From positions 1-28,095 of the forward strand of contig JASFYY010000098.1 in the NCBI GenBank assembly GCA_045046875.1: a stretch of 28,095 bases of DNA, read 5' to 3'. Shown here in pieces: positions 8,045-18,200 of this stretch (the first letter of the stretch is position 1; each line of letters begins with the position of its first letter). Under the pieces are notes generated by a model. That model made no database searches, had not been told where the DNA came from, and worked only from the letters and a program-made list of their open reading frames with translations. The stretch is from Verrucomicrobiota bacterium. GTDB lineage: Bacteria > Verrucomicrobiota > Verrucomicrobiia > Verrucomicrobiales > DEV007. Position numbers and translations under genes: made by a program.

Positions 8045-10183
8045 TCAAAGAGTTTGATCCACTTTTTCAAGCTCGTAACACTCGATGATATCCCCTGGCA
8101 CGTAATCGTTAAATTTACCCAGGCGGATACCACACTCCAAACCGTTGCGAACTTCTTTGACGTCGTCTTTGAAACGACGCAAAGTCGCAAATCCGCCATC
8201 GTAAACCGCTTGACCACCGCGCAATACACGCGCTCGTGCGGTGCGAGCCATACGACCATTGGTGACAATGCAGCCACCCACACGACCTGACGACAACTTG
8301 AACAGCTCTTTCACCTCGGCGTGACCGATCACATTTTCACGTGTCTCAGGATCAAGCATTCCCAACAAAGATTCCTTCACCTGATCGATCAGCTCGTAAA
8401 TAATACTGAACAGTTTCACCTGAATACCCTCACGTCGCGCAATCGGCACTGCCTTGCCTTCCAGCTTGGTATTAAAACCAAGCACCACGGCTTCCGAAGC
8501 ACTCGCCAACAAGATGTCCGATTCCGTGATTGGGCCTGCTGATGCGTGCAGGATATCGACCGAGATTTTATCCGATTCAATATCCATCAAAGAATTCGAC
8601 ACCGCCTCTACCGATCCCTGAACATCACACTTCAAGATCAGTTTTAAGACCTTCTTGTCACCCGCTTCGATATTCTGGAAAAGAGTTTCCAAAGAAGTTT
8701 GCACCGGCTTGGCCAGTTTCTTCTGACGCCTCTCTCCCAAACGCTCTTCACTCAATTTTTTCGCGTGACGCTCCGAGTCCATTTGAATCAGTTCATCGCC
8801 AACATTCGGCAATCCACTAAAACCTAAAATTTCAACCGGCTCGGCTGGTCCCACCGTCTTCACCGCCTCACCATCCGTGCCATAAAGCGATTTCACTTTA
8901 CCCGAATAACTTCCACAGATGAATGGAACCCCCGTCTTCAAAGTGCCAGCCTGGATCACGACAATCGCCGTAGCGCCTTTACCAGGCGTCATCTTCGCTT
9001 CGATCACAGTGCCACGAGCCGAACCTTCAGGATTGGCTTTCAGCTCCATGATTTCCGCCTGCAAAATAATCGACTCATACAAGTCTTCCAGCCCTGCCCC
9101 GGTTTTAGCCGAAACCTCCACGCAAAGTGTGTTGCCACCCCAATCTTCCGGAGTCAAATCACGCTCTTGCAGCTGGGATTTGACCTTCATCACATCCGCA
9201 CGAGGCAAATCGGTCTTGTTGATCGCTACAATGATTCCCACATTCGCCGCACGGGCATGGTCAATCGCCTCGATGGTCGTCGGCATGATGCCGTCATCCG
9301 CAGCGATGACCAAAATCACAATGTCCGTTACATGAGCACCACGAGCGCGCATCTCGGTGAAAGCCGCATGTCCCGGTGTATCGATAAAAGTAACCTGCTT
9401 ATCATCCCGTGTGACCGAATAAGCCCCCACATGCTGGGTGATCCCTCCCGCTTCTCCATCGACCACTTTCGATCCACGATAAAAATCCAACAGTGAGGTT
9501 TTGCCGTGGTCAACATGCCCCATGAAAGTCACGATCGGCGGACGCGCGGGCAACTCATTTTCCTCTTCCACCACCTCTTCTTCAGGCTCCTCTATAACTT
9601 CCTCAACTTTATGGACCCCTCCACCCTTTTCACGCTTTTCTTGCTCCAAGTAAAAGCCGTTTTTCTCACAAATTTGCTCCGCGACATCAGGTTCGATCGA
9701 TTGATTCTGATTGACGAACACATCCAGTGCCATCAAATCCTTGATCAAAGCAAAAGGCTTCAAACCCAAGGCTATCGCCAATTCCTTCACCACAATCGGT
9801 GGTTTCAAATTGATGATTTTTGCTGGATCGATCTCTTCACTCTCCTCATCCTCGACGACCTCGACTTTAACCACCTCTTTTTCACTCACCAAATCGACCA
9901 CCACGGGCGCCGGTTTCTTGATCTCAGTCTCAACCTTCACTTCCGCTTGGCGCCTTTTTTGCACCAGCGAATCAGCCTGAGGCCCCGTCAGGGAAGAAAA
10001 AACAGTTCCCTCAGACGCCTTTGAATCAATCTGATTGCGCTTGCTCTTACCGCGCAATACTTCCTTACGCTCTTCTTCCTCAAAGAGGTTCAGAGCATCT
10101 TTTTTCTTTTCATCCAGTGAGCTGCCGGTTTTTTCGCCGGCGTCTCCCTTGCCTTGAGGTGCGTCTTTTGTGTTCGAAGCCAT
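8045..10183 (-). CDS. infB: Translation initiation factor IF-2
   Basis: RPPIVTFMGHVDHGKTSLLD, GGITQHVGAY, DTPGHAAF, NKTD, DVQGSVEA, EVRNGLECGI. Confidence 0.99.
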   Translation of the reverse strand: MASNTKDAPQGKGDAGEKTGSSLDEKKKDALNLFEEEERKEVLRGKSKRNQIDSKASEGTVFSSLTGPQADSLVQKRRQAEVKVETEIKKPAPVVVDLVSEKEVVKVEVVEDEESEEIDPAKIINLKPPIVVKELAIALGLKPFALIKDLMALDVFVNQNQSIEPDVAEQICEKNGFYLEQEKREKGGGVHKVEEVIEEPEEEVVEEENELPARPPIVTFMGHVDHGKTSLLDFYRGSKVVDGEAGGITQHVGAYSVTRDDKQVTFIDTPGHAAFTEMRARGAHVTDIVILVIAADDGIMPTTIEAIDHARAANVGIIVAINKTDLPRADVMKVKSQLQERDLTPEDWGGNTLCVEVSAKTGAGLEDLYESIILQAEIMELKANPEGSARGTVIEAKMTPGKGATAIVVIQAGTLKTGVPFICGSYSGKVKSLYGTDGEAVKTVGPAEPVEILGFSGLPNVGDELIQMDSERHAKKLSEERLGERRQKKLAKPVQTSLETLFQNIEAGDKKVLKLILKCDVQGSVEAVSNSLMDIESDKISVDILHASAGPITESDILLASASEAVVLGFNTKLEGKAVPIARREGIQVKLFSIIYELIDQVKESLLGMLDPETRENVIGHAEVKELFKLSSGRVGGCIVTNGRMARTARARVLRGGQAVYDGGFATLRRFKDDVKEVRNGLECGIRLGKFNDYVPGDIIECYELEKVDQTL

Positions 10184-10251
10184 TAAATCCTAATTTCCCT
10201 TGATTGAAATACTCTTGTCTTTGTTCTGTCGCAGTCGACGCCTTCACAAGT

Positions 10252-11616
10252 CTATGCCGAAGCCTCGGTTTCCTTGTTTTCTTCTTCTTTCCCAGCCCCA
10301 CCGTCCTGACTTTCAACAGGAGCTTCAGCCACTTCACTGTCAGAAGCAGCCTCAGATTCGTCGGAAGCGGGTTGATAAATTTCTTTAGCTTTTGCAAGAA
10401 TCATCGCAGCCTCATCTTCAGGCACGTCAATGATCCCGGCAATATCCTCGGCATCAACCGACGTTGCCAACATTTCGATATTAGTGATACCCCCACGCAC
10501 CAACTCCAAAGCCTTCTCTTGCGCCAATCCCAGAGGTCCGGTCAATGCTTCAGCCGCAGCTTCCACCCGTGCCTCAAAGGCCTCATGAATCGACTCGTCT
10601 TTCTCAACCTGAATATCCCAGCCAACCAAACGAGAAGTCAGACGAGCATTCTGCCCACGCCGACCAATCGCCTTGGCCAACTCTTCTTCCTCCACCGTCA
10701 CCTTCACCGAATGCGCGGCTTCATCGAGATCAATCGAACGAATCACCGCAGGTTTTAAAGCATCCTGGACAAACTCTTTTATGTCATCACTCCAACGAAT
10801 GATATCGACTTTTTCGTTATTCAGCTCACGAACGATATTTTTCACTCTCGCTCCGCGCAATCCCACACAAGCCCCCACCGGATCCACTTTGTCGTTGGCA
10901 CTGTAAACCGCCACTTTGGTGCGGTAGCCCGCTTCACGCGCAATGCCGCGAATTTCCACCGTGCGATCAGCGATCTCACTGACTTCAGCTTCGAACAAAC
11001 GACGAACAAAATTCGGATGACTACGTGAAAGAATAATTTCAGGTCCACGAGAACCGTTTTCCACCGCTACCACGTAAGCCCGCACCCGGTCACCGACATT
11101 GTATTCTTCGGTATTAACCCGCTCTCTCGAAGGCATCACGCCCTCGAACTTGCCTAAATCCACCATCACGTCCGATCTCTCGAAACGACGCACCGTGCCA
11201 CTGACGATGTCACCCGCACGATCTTTAAATTCATCGTAAATCAAAGCCTTTTCAGCCTGACGCAATCGTTGCAGCATCGCCTGCTTGGCAGTTTGTGCCG
11301 CAATACGTCCAAAATCCTTAGGCGTCACATCCACCTCGATCTCCTGATCGATCTCCGCATCGGGATTGATCCGCTGGGCTGTCGCCAGATCAAGTTGATC
11401 ATAGGGATGAGCAACGGTTTCCACCACTACGAGAGAAGCAGTTGCCTTGATATTGCCGTTGTCTGGGTTGATATGAATCTCCAGACCACGAGCCGGGCCA
11501 ATGCTTTTTCTCGATGCCGCCAACAGGGCGCTTTCAAGAGCCTCGATCATCGTAGCGCGATCGATTCCCTTTTCCTTCTCGTAATACTCAAAGAGTGCTA
11601 ATAATTCGCTGGTCAT
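10252..11616 (-). CDS. nusA: Transcription termination/antitermination factor NusA
   Basis: FGRIAAQTAKQ, AREAGYRTKVAV, DPVGACVGLRGARV, AIGRRGQNARL; start taken at ATG 11616 (MTSELL). Confidence 0.98.
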   Translation of the reverse strand: MTSELLALFEYYEKEKGIDRATMIEALESALLAASRKSIGPARGLEIHINPDNGNIKATASLVVVETVAHPYDQLDLATAQRINPDAEIDQEIEVDVTPKDFGRIAAQTAKQAMLQRLRQAEKALIYDEFKDRAGDIVSGTVRRFERSDVMVDLGKFEGVMPSRERVNTEEYNVGDRVRAYVVAVENGSRGPEIILSRSHPNFVRRLFEAEVSEIADRTVEIRGIAREAGYRTKVAVYSANDKVDPVGACVGLRGARVKNIVRELNNEKVDIIRWSDDIKEFVQDALKPAVIRSIDLDEAAHSVKVTVEEEELAKAIGRRGQNARLTSRLVGWDIQVEKDESIHEAFEARVEAAAEALTGPLGLAQEKALELVRGGITNIEMLATSVDAEDIAGIIDVPEDEAAMILAKAKEIYQPASDESEAASDSEVAEAPVESQDGGAGKEEENKETEASA

Positions 11617-11635
11617 TGTCCTGTAGGAACCCGAG

Positions 11636-11666
11636 ACAGAAAAGGGCGGGAAAAATTTCCCACCCC
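11636..11666 (-). terminator. Intrinsic-terminator-like hairpin in the nusA leader (rimP-leader-like attenuator)
   Basis: Minus strand GGGTGGGAA-ATTT-TTCCCGCCC-TTTTCTGT, between the promoter and the nusA ATG. Confidence 0.75.
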
Positions 11667-11716
11667 ACTTTGCCCCCACGGCCTGCGCCTAGGTCATCCA
11701 AGTGTTGTAAGCTTGA

Positions 11717-11745
11717 ATCATAGGGGCAAGCTATCAAAATCGCAA
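11717..11745 (-). promoter_or_regulatory. sigma70-type promoter of the nusA-infB operon
   Basis: TTGCGA (11745-11740) - 17 nt - TATGAT (11722-11717) on minus strand. Confidence 0.7.
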
Positions 11746-11881
11746 GCAGAAAACCTTATACAACTTTCAGCTTGCACATAGTTAATTTATGACTTAAATC
11801 AGGGGCGTCGCAGAAAACCACTGTTTGAGTTTTTTTGAAATACAAAAAATCCACTGTGGGGTAACGTGACAAACGAAGAAA

Positions 11882-11954
11882 GGGTGGGTAGCTCAGTTGG
11901 TAGAGCAGTGGCCTTTTAAGCCATTTGTCCTGGGTTCGAGCCCCAGTCCGCCTA
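11882..11954 (+). tRNA. tRNA-Lys (anticodon UUU), CCA not encoded
   Basis: Cloverleaf: acceptor GGGTGGG/TCCGCCT, D arm GCTC-AGTTGGTA-GAGC, anticodon arm GTGGC-CTTTTAA-GCCAT, T arm CTGGG-TTCGAGC-CCCAG, discriminator A. Confidence 0.96.
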
Positions 11955-12129
11955 CTTCTTCATTTCCACATTCCCTCCGCTGGAGGGACGAGTTGACTAC
12001 TTTACCGCCCTGCGCAGCGCCGGTGCTCTGCGAGACCACCGGGTCTCCACCAAAGATTGGGGACACCTCCGCACTTTCAATATCCGAACCTCCCTCCCTC
12101 GCGAGCAGCCGAAGCGGCCACCCTGCAGC

Positions 12130-12172
12130 TCCCTCATTCTGACTTCCTCAATTCTAAATTCTAACTCCTTCC
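12130..12172 (+). repeat. Degenerate heptamer tandem array (same family as 5852-5886)
   Basis: tccctca ttctgac ttcctcaa ttctaaa ttctaac tccttcc; shares the 12-mer ttctaactcctt with 5866-5877. Confidence 0.6.
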
Positions 12173-12183
12173 CCCTCTCCCCC

Positions 12184-14007
12184 TCAATCCACAAACTGCA
12201 ACTGAGCCAACATCCGATACATACCATCGGTCTCGGCGATCAATTCATCATGCGTCCCCGTTTGCACCGTCATCCCGTCTTTGATCACCACAATCCGATC
12301 CGCGTCTTTCACCGTAGCCAGACGATGCGCAATGATAATCGAAGTACGCCCCTTCATCAAAGCTTCTAGCGCTTCCTGCACCACCCGCTCACTTTCAGCG
12401 TCCAGAGAACTGGTCGCTTCATCCAGAATCAAAATCGCCGGATCCGCTAAAATAGCACGCGCAATAGCAATTCTCTGCCGCTGCCCTCCCGACAATCTCA
12501 CTCCCCGGTCCCCTACCAGGGTTTCATACCCCTCTGGGAAAGCCTCGATGAACTCATGCGCATTCGCCCGCTGCGCCGCATCCTCAATCGCAGCGCGCTC
12601 AGCATCCGGATTGCCATAGGCAATATTCTCCAAAATACTCCCACCAAAAAGCAACACCTCCTGCGGCACCAGGGCCATCTGCGAACGCAGATAACTCAAA
12701 TCATAAGATTCAGCATCTTTACCATCAAATACCACCTTACCCGAACTGGGATCATAAAAACGCAGCAATAATGAGATGATCGTCGATTTGCCCGCGCCAC
12801 TCGGCCCGACCAAAGCCACCCTCTCCCCTGGCTCTGCTTTCAAACTAACCCCCTTCAAAACCCCGACATCAGGTCGAGCCGGGTAGTGAAAACTCACCTG
12901 ATCCAATGCTACCGCTCCTTGCAAACGCTGCTGCCCATCAGCTCCATCCACGCTCTCCGTATCTTCACCAAGAATCTCCCTTACCCGGTCAGAGGCCCCC
13001 ACCGCCTGTTGCAATTGACTGATAATTTCGGGGAATGATCCCAGTGCTGCCCCCACAAAAACACTGAACAAAACAAAGCGCCAAAAAAGTTCCGAATCTA
13101 TTTCGCCATTGACCAACATGATGCCGCCATACCACAACACAATTGTCATCACCCCGAACAGCGCAAAAATAATAAAGGCGATAAACAAACCTCGAGGCGT
13201 CGCGGCTCGGATAGCCATATCGAGAAAGCGATCCAATTGCACACCGTAGCGACGGGTTTCATAAGCCTCGTTGCCAAAAGACTTAACACTGGTGATGCTT
13301 TGCAGTGTCTCCTCGACCACCACATTAGTCTCCGCCAGCAAATCCTGGGACTGCCGGGTCAACTTGCGAATCCCCCTACCAAAAATAGCCGCCATCAACA
13401 TGATCACCGGCACCCCCAACAACATCAGCAAAGCCAACTTCGTCGAACTTGCAAAAACCATCACGGTGCCCCCTATCAACATCACTGACTGACGCACAAT
13501 CTGCGGCACGGTATTGATCAGAGTTTCCCGGATCAGAGTCAAATCCGAAGCGATACGGCTCGACATCTCACCTACCCGGTGCTCATCATAATAAGGCATC
13601 GGCAAACGAATCAACTTGCCGTAAGTCTGTTTGCGGATCTCCGCCAAAGCCGATTCCCCTGCTTTGGTGAACCAGCGAATACGCCAGAAAACCAAAAAAG
13701 CTTGCAGCGAAAGAGCTGCCAAAGTGATCTTCAAATAACTTCCCAGATTCTGCTTCACCGATGCCACGTCGATTTCGCCAGCCGCCACCGATCCCCCGAT
13801 CAGCTTGGAAATCATAAACGGCCAGACCAAAGACAGTCCGGCAGTAAAAAACATGCAGAAAATCGCCGGCCAAAACCACCTTTGATAAGGTTTCAGGTAA
13901 GAAAACAGCCAGAGAATCTCTTTCAGACTCAAGCGACGGGATTTCTTTTTCCCTTCTCCGGTTTTCCCCTCAGCAGCGTTTGGTTCTTTATCAGCAGTTT
14001 TGGACAT
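12184..14007 (-). CDS. ABC exporter, fused TMD-NBD (MsbA/ABCB-type half transporter)
   Basis: Multiple N-terminal TM helices; Walker A GPSGAGKS, signature LSGGQRQR, Walker B ILILDEATS, H-loop IAHRL; start taken at ATG 14007. Confidence 0.93.
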   Translation of the reverse strand: MSKTADKEPNAAEGKTGEGKKKSRRLSLKEILWLFSYLKPYQRWFWPAIFCMFFTAGLSLVWPFMISKLIGGSVAAGEIDVASVKQNLGSYLKITLAALSLQAFLVFWRIRWFTKAGESALAEIRKQTYGKLIRLPMPYYDEHRVGEMSSRIASDLTLIRETLINTVPQIVRQSVMLIGGTVMVFASSTKLALLMLLGVPVIMLMAAIFGRGIRKLTRQSQDLLAETNVVVEETLQSITSVKSFGNEAYETRRYGVQLDRFLDMAIRAATPRGLFIAFIIFALFGVMTIVLWYGGIMLVNGEIDSELFWRFVLFSVFVGAALGSFPEIISQLQQAVGASDRVREILGEDTESVDGADGQQRLQGAVALDQVSFHYPARPDVGVLKGVSLKAEPGERVALVGPSGAGKSTIISLLLRFYDPSSGKVVFDGKDAESYDLSYLRSQMALVPQEVLLFGGSILENIAYGNPDAERAAIEDAAQRANAHEFIEAFPEGYETLVGDRGVRLSGGQRQRIAIARAILADPAILILDEATSSLDAESERVVQEALEALMKGRTSIIIAHRLATVKDADRIVVIKDGMTVQTGTHDELIAETDGMYRMLAQLQFVD

Positions 14008-14121
14008 CGTAAAAAACAAAACCCCTACACTGCACGAATCACAAAATCCAACGATGATTCGTCAAAAAACATCTACCCTCTTAGAAGCTTCTATTGTAAT
14101 GACAAAAAAGACCTGCGCCCC

Positions 14122-15237
14122 TCACTTAGCCTTTTTCTCTTCAGGTTTATCCTCTTTTTTGCTGCCAGCTTCTTTAGTTTTCTTTTCATCGGCAGCTTTT
14201 TTGTCCGCCACAGCATTTGCCGTTTTGGCGGCGTCTTCACCCTCTTTTTTCTCTTTTTCCTCCTTCTTCACCTCAGCCGCTTGAACTACCGGAATATCAG
14301 GAAGCACTGCATAAGCAGCGTATTCCGCGGGAATTTCTCCACCTCCGACACCATTTTTATAATAATAAGCCAATCCCTGCATTTGCCACAACTTCCCTTT
14401 CAGCTCCTTTAACTTGGGGTCAGCAGCTTCGATCGCCAAGGCCGCCAACATCGCCTCATTAGCCAAGGCGGGCGAATTGCCATAAGTGATCGTGAACGCC
14501 CGGTAATAATCCTCCAAAGCCAGCCCTAGCTTCTTCTCCTGCTCATACATCTTGCCACGGATAAAAGAGAGCTGGATCATCGTCGGTTTGGGCATCTTTT
14601 TGAACACCGGAGCCGGCAACATCTTGGCGTCACCCACCTGCGGCACTTCGTAGAATTTAAGCCCTGCTTTCACCACATCCCATTTGTTGGCAGAAAAAGC
14701 CGCCCACATCTTCATCAGCTGAACTTTCTCTGCAAACAGTTTGTCCTGGGTCGTCGAAATGGTTTTGCCCGACTTGGTCGCCAGCAATGCACCTAATTCT
14801 TCATATTTGCCCAGGCGACGCAAGGACTCCATCTGGAAAAACCTCGCTTCACTAGCGAAGTTATCCTTCAGCGCCGAAATACCTTCGTAATCCGTCGCCA
14901 CCTTACCAAAAATCTTGGCCGCCGCATCATACGCCCCCTGCGTAAACGCCTGGCGCCCCCGCCCCATCAAATTCGACTCCTCCTGGAAAAAAATAGTCTT
15001 CACCGCAGTGCGATTGATTGCCGTGCCCTTGCCTTGTGCCGTGTAAGCAAACAAAATCTGTTTGTTATTCGAATCTTGAATGAAGCCGGTCTCCCGATTG
15101 CCATCCGTCTTCATCATCGTCACTTTGGCCGCAGCCGCATCAATCTGACCGCCACTCATGCTCCAAACACCCAGCGCAACCAAAGCCACTCCCGCTTTCG
15201 CTGCTACTCCCAATAATCCTATTCTCATCACCTTCAT
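14122..15237 (-). CDS. Exported hypothetical protein with short beta-rich N-domain, TPR-like helices and Lys/Glu-rich tail
   Basis: Signal-like N-terminus (MKVMRIGLLGVAAKAGVALVALG); helical repeats GRQAFTQGAYDAAAKIF, ARFFQMESLRRLGKY, RGKMYEQEKKLGLALEDYYRA; start uncertain (15279/15237/15228). Confidence 0.75.
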   Translation of the reverse strand: MKVMRIGLLGVAAKAGVALVALGVWSMSGGQIDAAAAKVTMMKTDGNRETGFIQDSNNKQILFAYTAQGKGTAINRTAVKTIFFQEESNLMGRGRQAFTQGAYDAAAKIFGKVATDYEGISALKDNFASEARFFQMESLRRLGKYEELGALLATKSGKTISTTQDKLFAEKVQLMKMWAAFSANKWDVVKAGLKFYEVPQVGDAKMLPAPVFKKMPKPTMIQLSFIRGKMYEQEKKLGLALEDYYRAFTITYGNSPALANEAMLAALAIEAADPKLKELKGKLWQMQGLAYYYKNGVGGGEIPAEYAAYAVLPDIPVVQAAEVKKEEKEKKEGEDAAKTANAVADKKAADEKKTKEAGSKKEDKPEEKKAK

Positions 15238-15285
15238 AATTAAAGTTTTAGTTACTTCTTCAGTTAAGCTCACACTCAAGCTTGT

Positions 15286-18200
15286 CTATTTTTTTCCTCC
15301 AGCCGCTTTTTTCTGACCAGCTTCCTCTTCAACAATTCCCAACTGCAGGTCGATTTCCGCCACCTGCTCAGGAGTCAGGTTCAGTTCATTCCTGACCGCA
15401 GGCAAACGGCGGCGTAAGCGCCCCAGAGCTCCCGAAGGATCATCCTTTTCCTTGGCCTTTTGAAACATATACAGAATCTTCCTCAAATAACTGTAAGCTC
15501 TGATCCGTTTCTCCGGATCATTAATCTTGTAGGCCAGCTCAAAACCTTGTTCCAGGGCCTGACTCGACCACTCCGTATATCCCCCATACACTGCAATCAC
15601 CGCATTGTAGACCTTGATCGCATCATCGGTTTTGCCGAGATTTTCAAGAGCAACCCCATAACGGAAGTTAGATTCCGCACGTGCCGGGCGATCCAACCAT
15701 TTTTTGTTTTTATTGATCTTGCCAAAATACTCCCGAGCCCCTTCCCAATCTTCCAACTTGGTCGCCAAACGTCCCAGATTCAAATAAGCATCGGGAATCA
15801 ATGACACCTCTTTGTATTGATTGATCACTCGTAAAAAACGTTCGCGAGCCGAATTGAGTTTGTCCGGCGTTGCCGCCCCTCTTATTTCAATCTTACCAAT
15901 TTCAAAGTCTGCGGGCGCTTTGAAAGCATCGTCCGGTCGAACCAACAACTCTTCGAAGTAAGGCACCGCCAAAAACGGATTGTCCGTCTTTGCTAGATAA
16001 AGTCCGATCTGCTGCAAAGCAAATTCTGACAGATTGTTCATCTCGTAGTTTTTCATTTCCTCGAACACCGCAGCGATTTCATCTTGAATCGCAGCATATT
16101 CAGGACTGTCCTTTTTGACTGAATTACGCTTGCCCTGCAACACCACCACCTTCTGAATTTTCAACCAAGTCAACAAGGCCTGGTTCGTTTTATCGACTCC
16201 GGGGAAATTATCAAAGGCCGCCGCAGTTTCATCCGCTCCACGAGTGCGAACGGATGCCTCGGAGTAAGAACCAATCGCTTGGCGCAACAATTCGATGTCC
16301 TGCTCGTGCGCTTCCTGATTACCCATGAAGTTAATCATTTTCTCCAATTGTTTCAGGCCGTCTTCCGCCCGATCAGCTTTTTCCAAAGCTTCCATGGTGA
16401 AAACCGAAATCTGCGGCTCCCAGTAAGTGCCTTCATAATCAGGGAAAAAGGCATCGTAATACTTCACCGCGTCATCCCATTTCTCCAGTCGTATGCTCAA
16501 GTCAGATGACCGAGCCAGAGCTTCCGCCACACTTTCTTTGCGTTTACGCTTTTTGCCCTCGTCAATCGCCACCGAAAAATAACTCAGGGCTTTTTCCGTA
16601 AGCTCCCTCTTTTTGTCTTCATCCTCCGTTTCCAATCCTGCTTTGACGTCATAAGCATCGCCTCCCATATTCAAAGCCCGGTCGAGCACCACCGAATCCT
16701 TACGCACCTCTCTCAATTTATCAATCGCCTCGATGCTCTTGTCGTATTCTTCCAGATTAAAGTGACAGGTCGCACGGTCAAACAAAGCCAGATCAAGAAA
16801 TTTGGACTGCGGGAATTCTTGAAAATAGAGATCCAACAAACCCGCCGCTTTGGGAAATTTACCAGTGATCACATAGTTGCTTGCCTGATAATAAAGCGCC
16901 GCTTCACGGTTTCCGCTGTCGGGGTATTTATCTGCAAACAAATCCAACGGCTCCTGGGCTTCCACATGATTGCCGAGGAAATACATAGCTGCTCCATATA
17001 AGTGATCAGCCAGTTCCCGTGCCGGATCACCTGCCTCGTATTTTTTGCGCACCTTCTCGCACACTTCCAACACCGTGTTGTATTCACGAGCGGTGAACAG
17101 CGACTGCAGCATGAAAGTCGCGACATTGTTTTCCAGACGATGATCCGGAAACTCTTTCATGAATTTGTCGCCGTAATACTGCGCACTGCTGTAGTCACCC
17201 AACAAAGTCGAAAAGCGAGCCGCTTCATGCAAGATCTCAGGCCGCGCTTTGCTCTTAAGATAATTCTCGGCCAAATAAGTGTAAATCGCCCGGCTTGCCG
17301 TGCGGTTACCCAATTTATCGTAGCTAGCAGCCACTAAGCGCATCAATTCCAAATCCGATTGATCCGGTTTCTTCAGCTCATCCTCATACTTTTTGATCGT
17401 CGAGCTGTAAATAGCCGGAACAGGCGTTCCCTGACGCAAGGTCAAAGTCCGCATTTTGACATCAGCCAGAATATCGTCAGCGGTAGGGATCATCGAATAA
17501 TAACGCAAGGCCAAGGTGTGCAAACCAGCCTGCGCCGATTCAAAACCCAGTTTTTTCAAGCGTTGCCCGAAACCAAAACGAGCTTGATCAAAAGGCTGCA
17601 CCGTCAGCGCCTTTGAGTATTTATTCAAAAAATCATGCGCTTTGCGATTGATGATGTCCTTGCCCAATTTACTCGACTGGTCAATCCAGCCCAGACTCAA
17701 CTCCAGCAAGCCCTGCATCAGAAACTGCGGAGCCACTTTCCACTGTGCCTGATTTTCAAACAATTTGCGAATCTCCACCTCCCCTTCATCCACCATGCCA
17801 ACTGCAATCAACGCTCCCCCTTTTCTCAAAGCATACACATTTCTCACCGACGCCAACTCTTTGGGGTCTGGTTTAGAGCTGAGATAACGTTGATAAAGTT
17901 TCAGCGCCTCAGCCGGATTTTTACTCATTTGCTCACAATAGCCCCACTGGAACACCGCCAGTTTCTCGCGTTTGTTGGTCGAATCAATTTTCGATACCTT
18001 CTTCTCTCCCGGTTTGGGATTGGGATAATCCTCAACACAGGTCTTAAAAGCATTACGCGCCTGCTCCCATTGGAATATCTGCAACAAAGCGGTGCCGTAA
18101 TCAAAATAAATACCCCCAAAACCCGGGCCGTAATCTTCCATCCCCACCGACCCGTAGATCTTGATCGCTTTTTCAAAAATGGGTATAGCTCCTTTGAAAT

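Noticed and set aside
11617..11679. 21-aa N-terminal extension of NusA in the ORF track
   Set aside because: Runs through the leader hairpin; NusA homology starts at MTSELL (11616)
11955..12183. Prophage or genomic island integrated at tRNA-Lys
   Set aside because: No integrase, and no duplicated tRNA 3' end seen within the window
11897..12227. ORFs 11897..12142 (+) and 11997..12227 (-)
   Set aside because: Overlap the tRNA, the ABC gene end and palindromic/repeat DNA; no protein-like features
14122..14290. Lys/Glu/Ala-rich tail as a TolA/TonB-like energy transducer
   Set aside because: Only about 50 aa, at the extreme C-terminus, with no following TonB_C/TolA globular domain
13579..14412. 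277-aa plus-strand ORF, and similar long antisense ORFs (9506..10024, 10204..10758, 17635..18297)
   Set aside because: Shadow frames of well-supported minus-strand genes; the Phe/Leu/Ser-rich stretches mirror Lys/Glu-rich sense sequence
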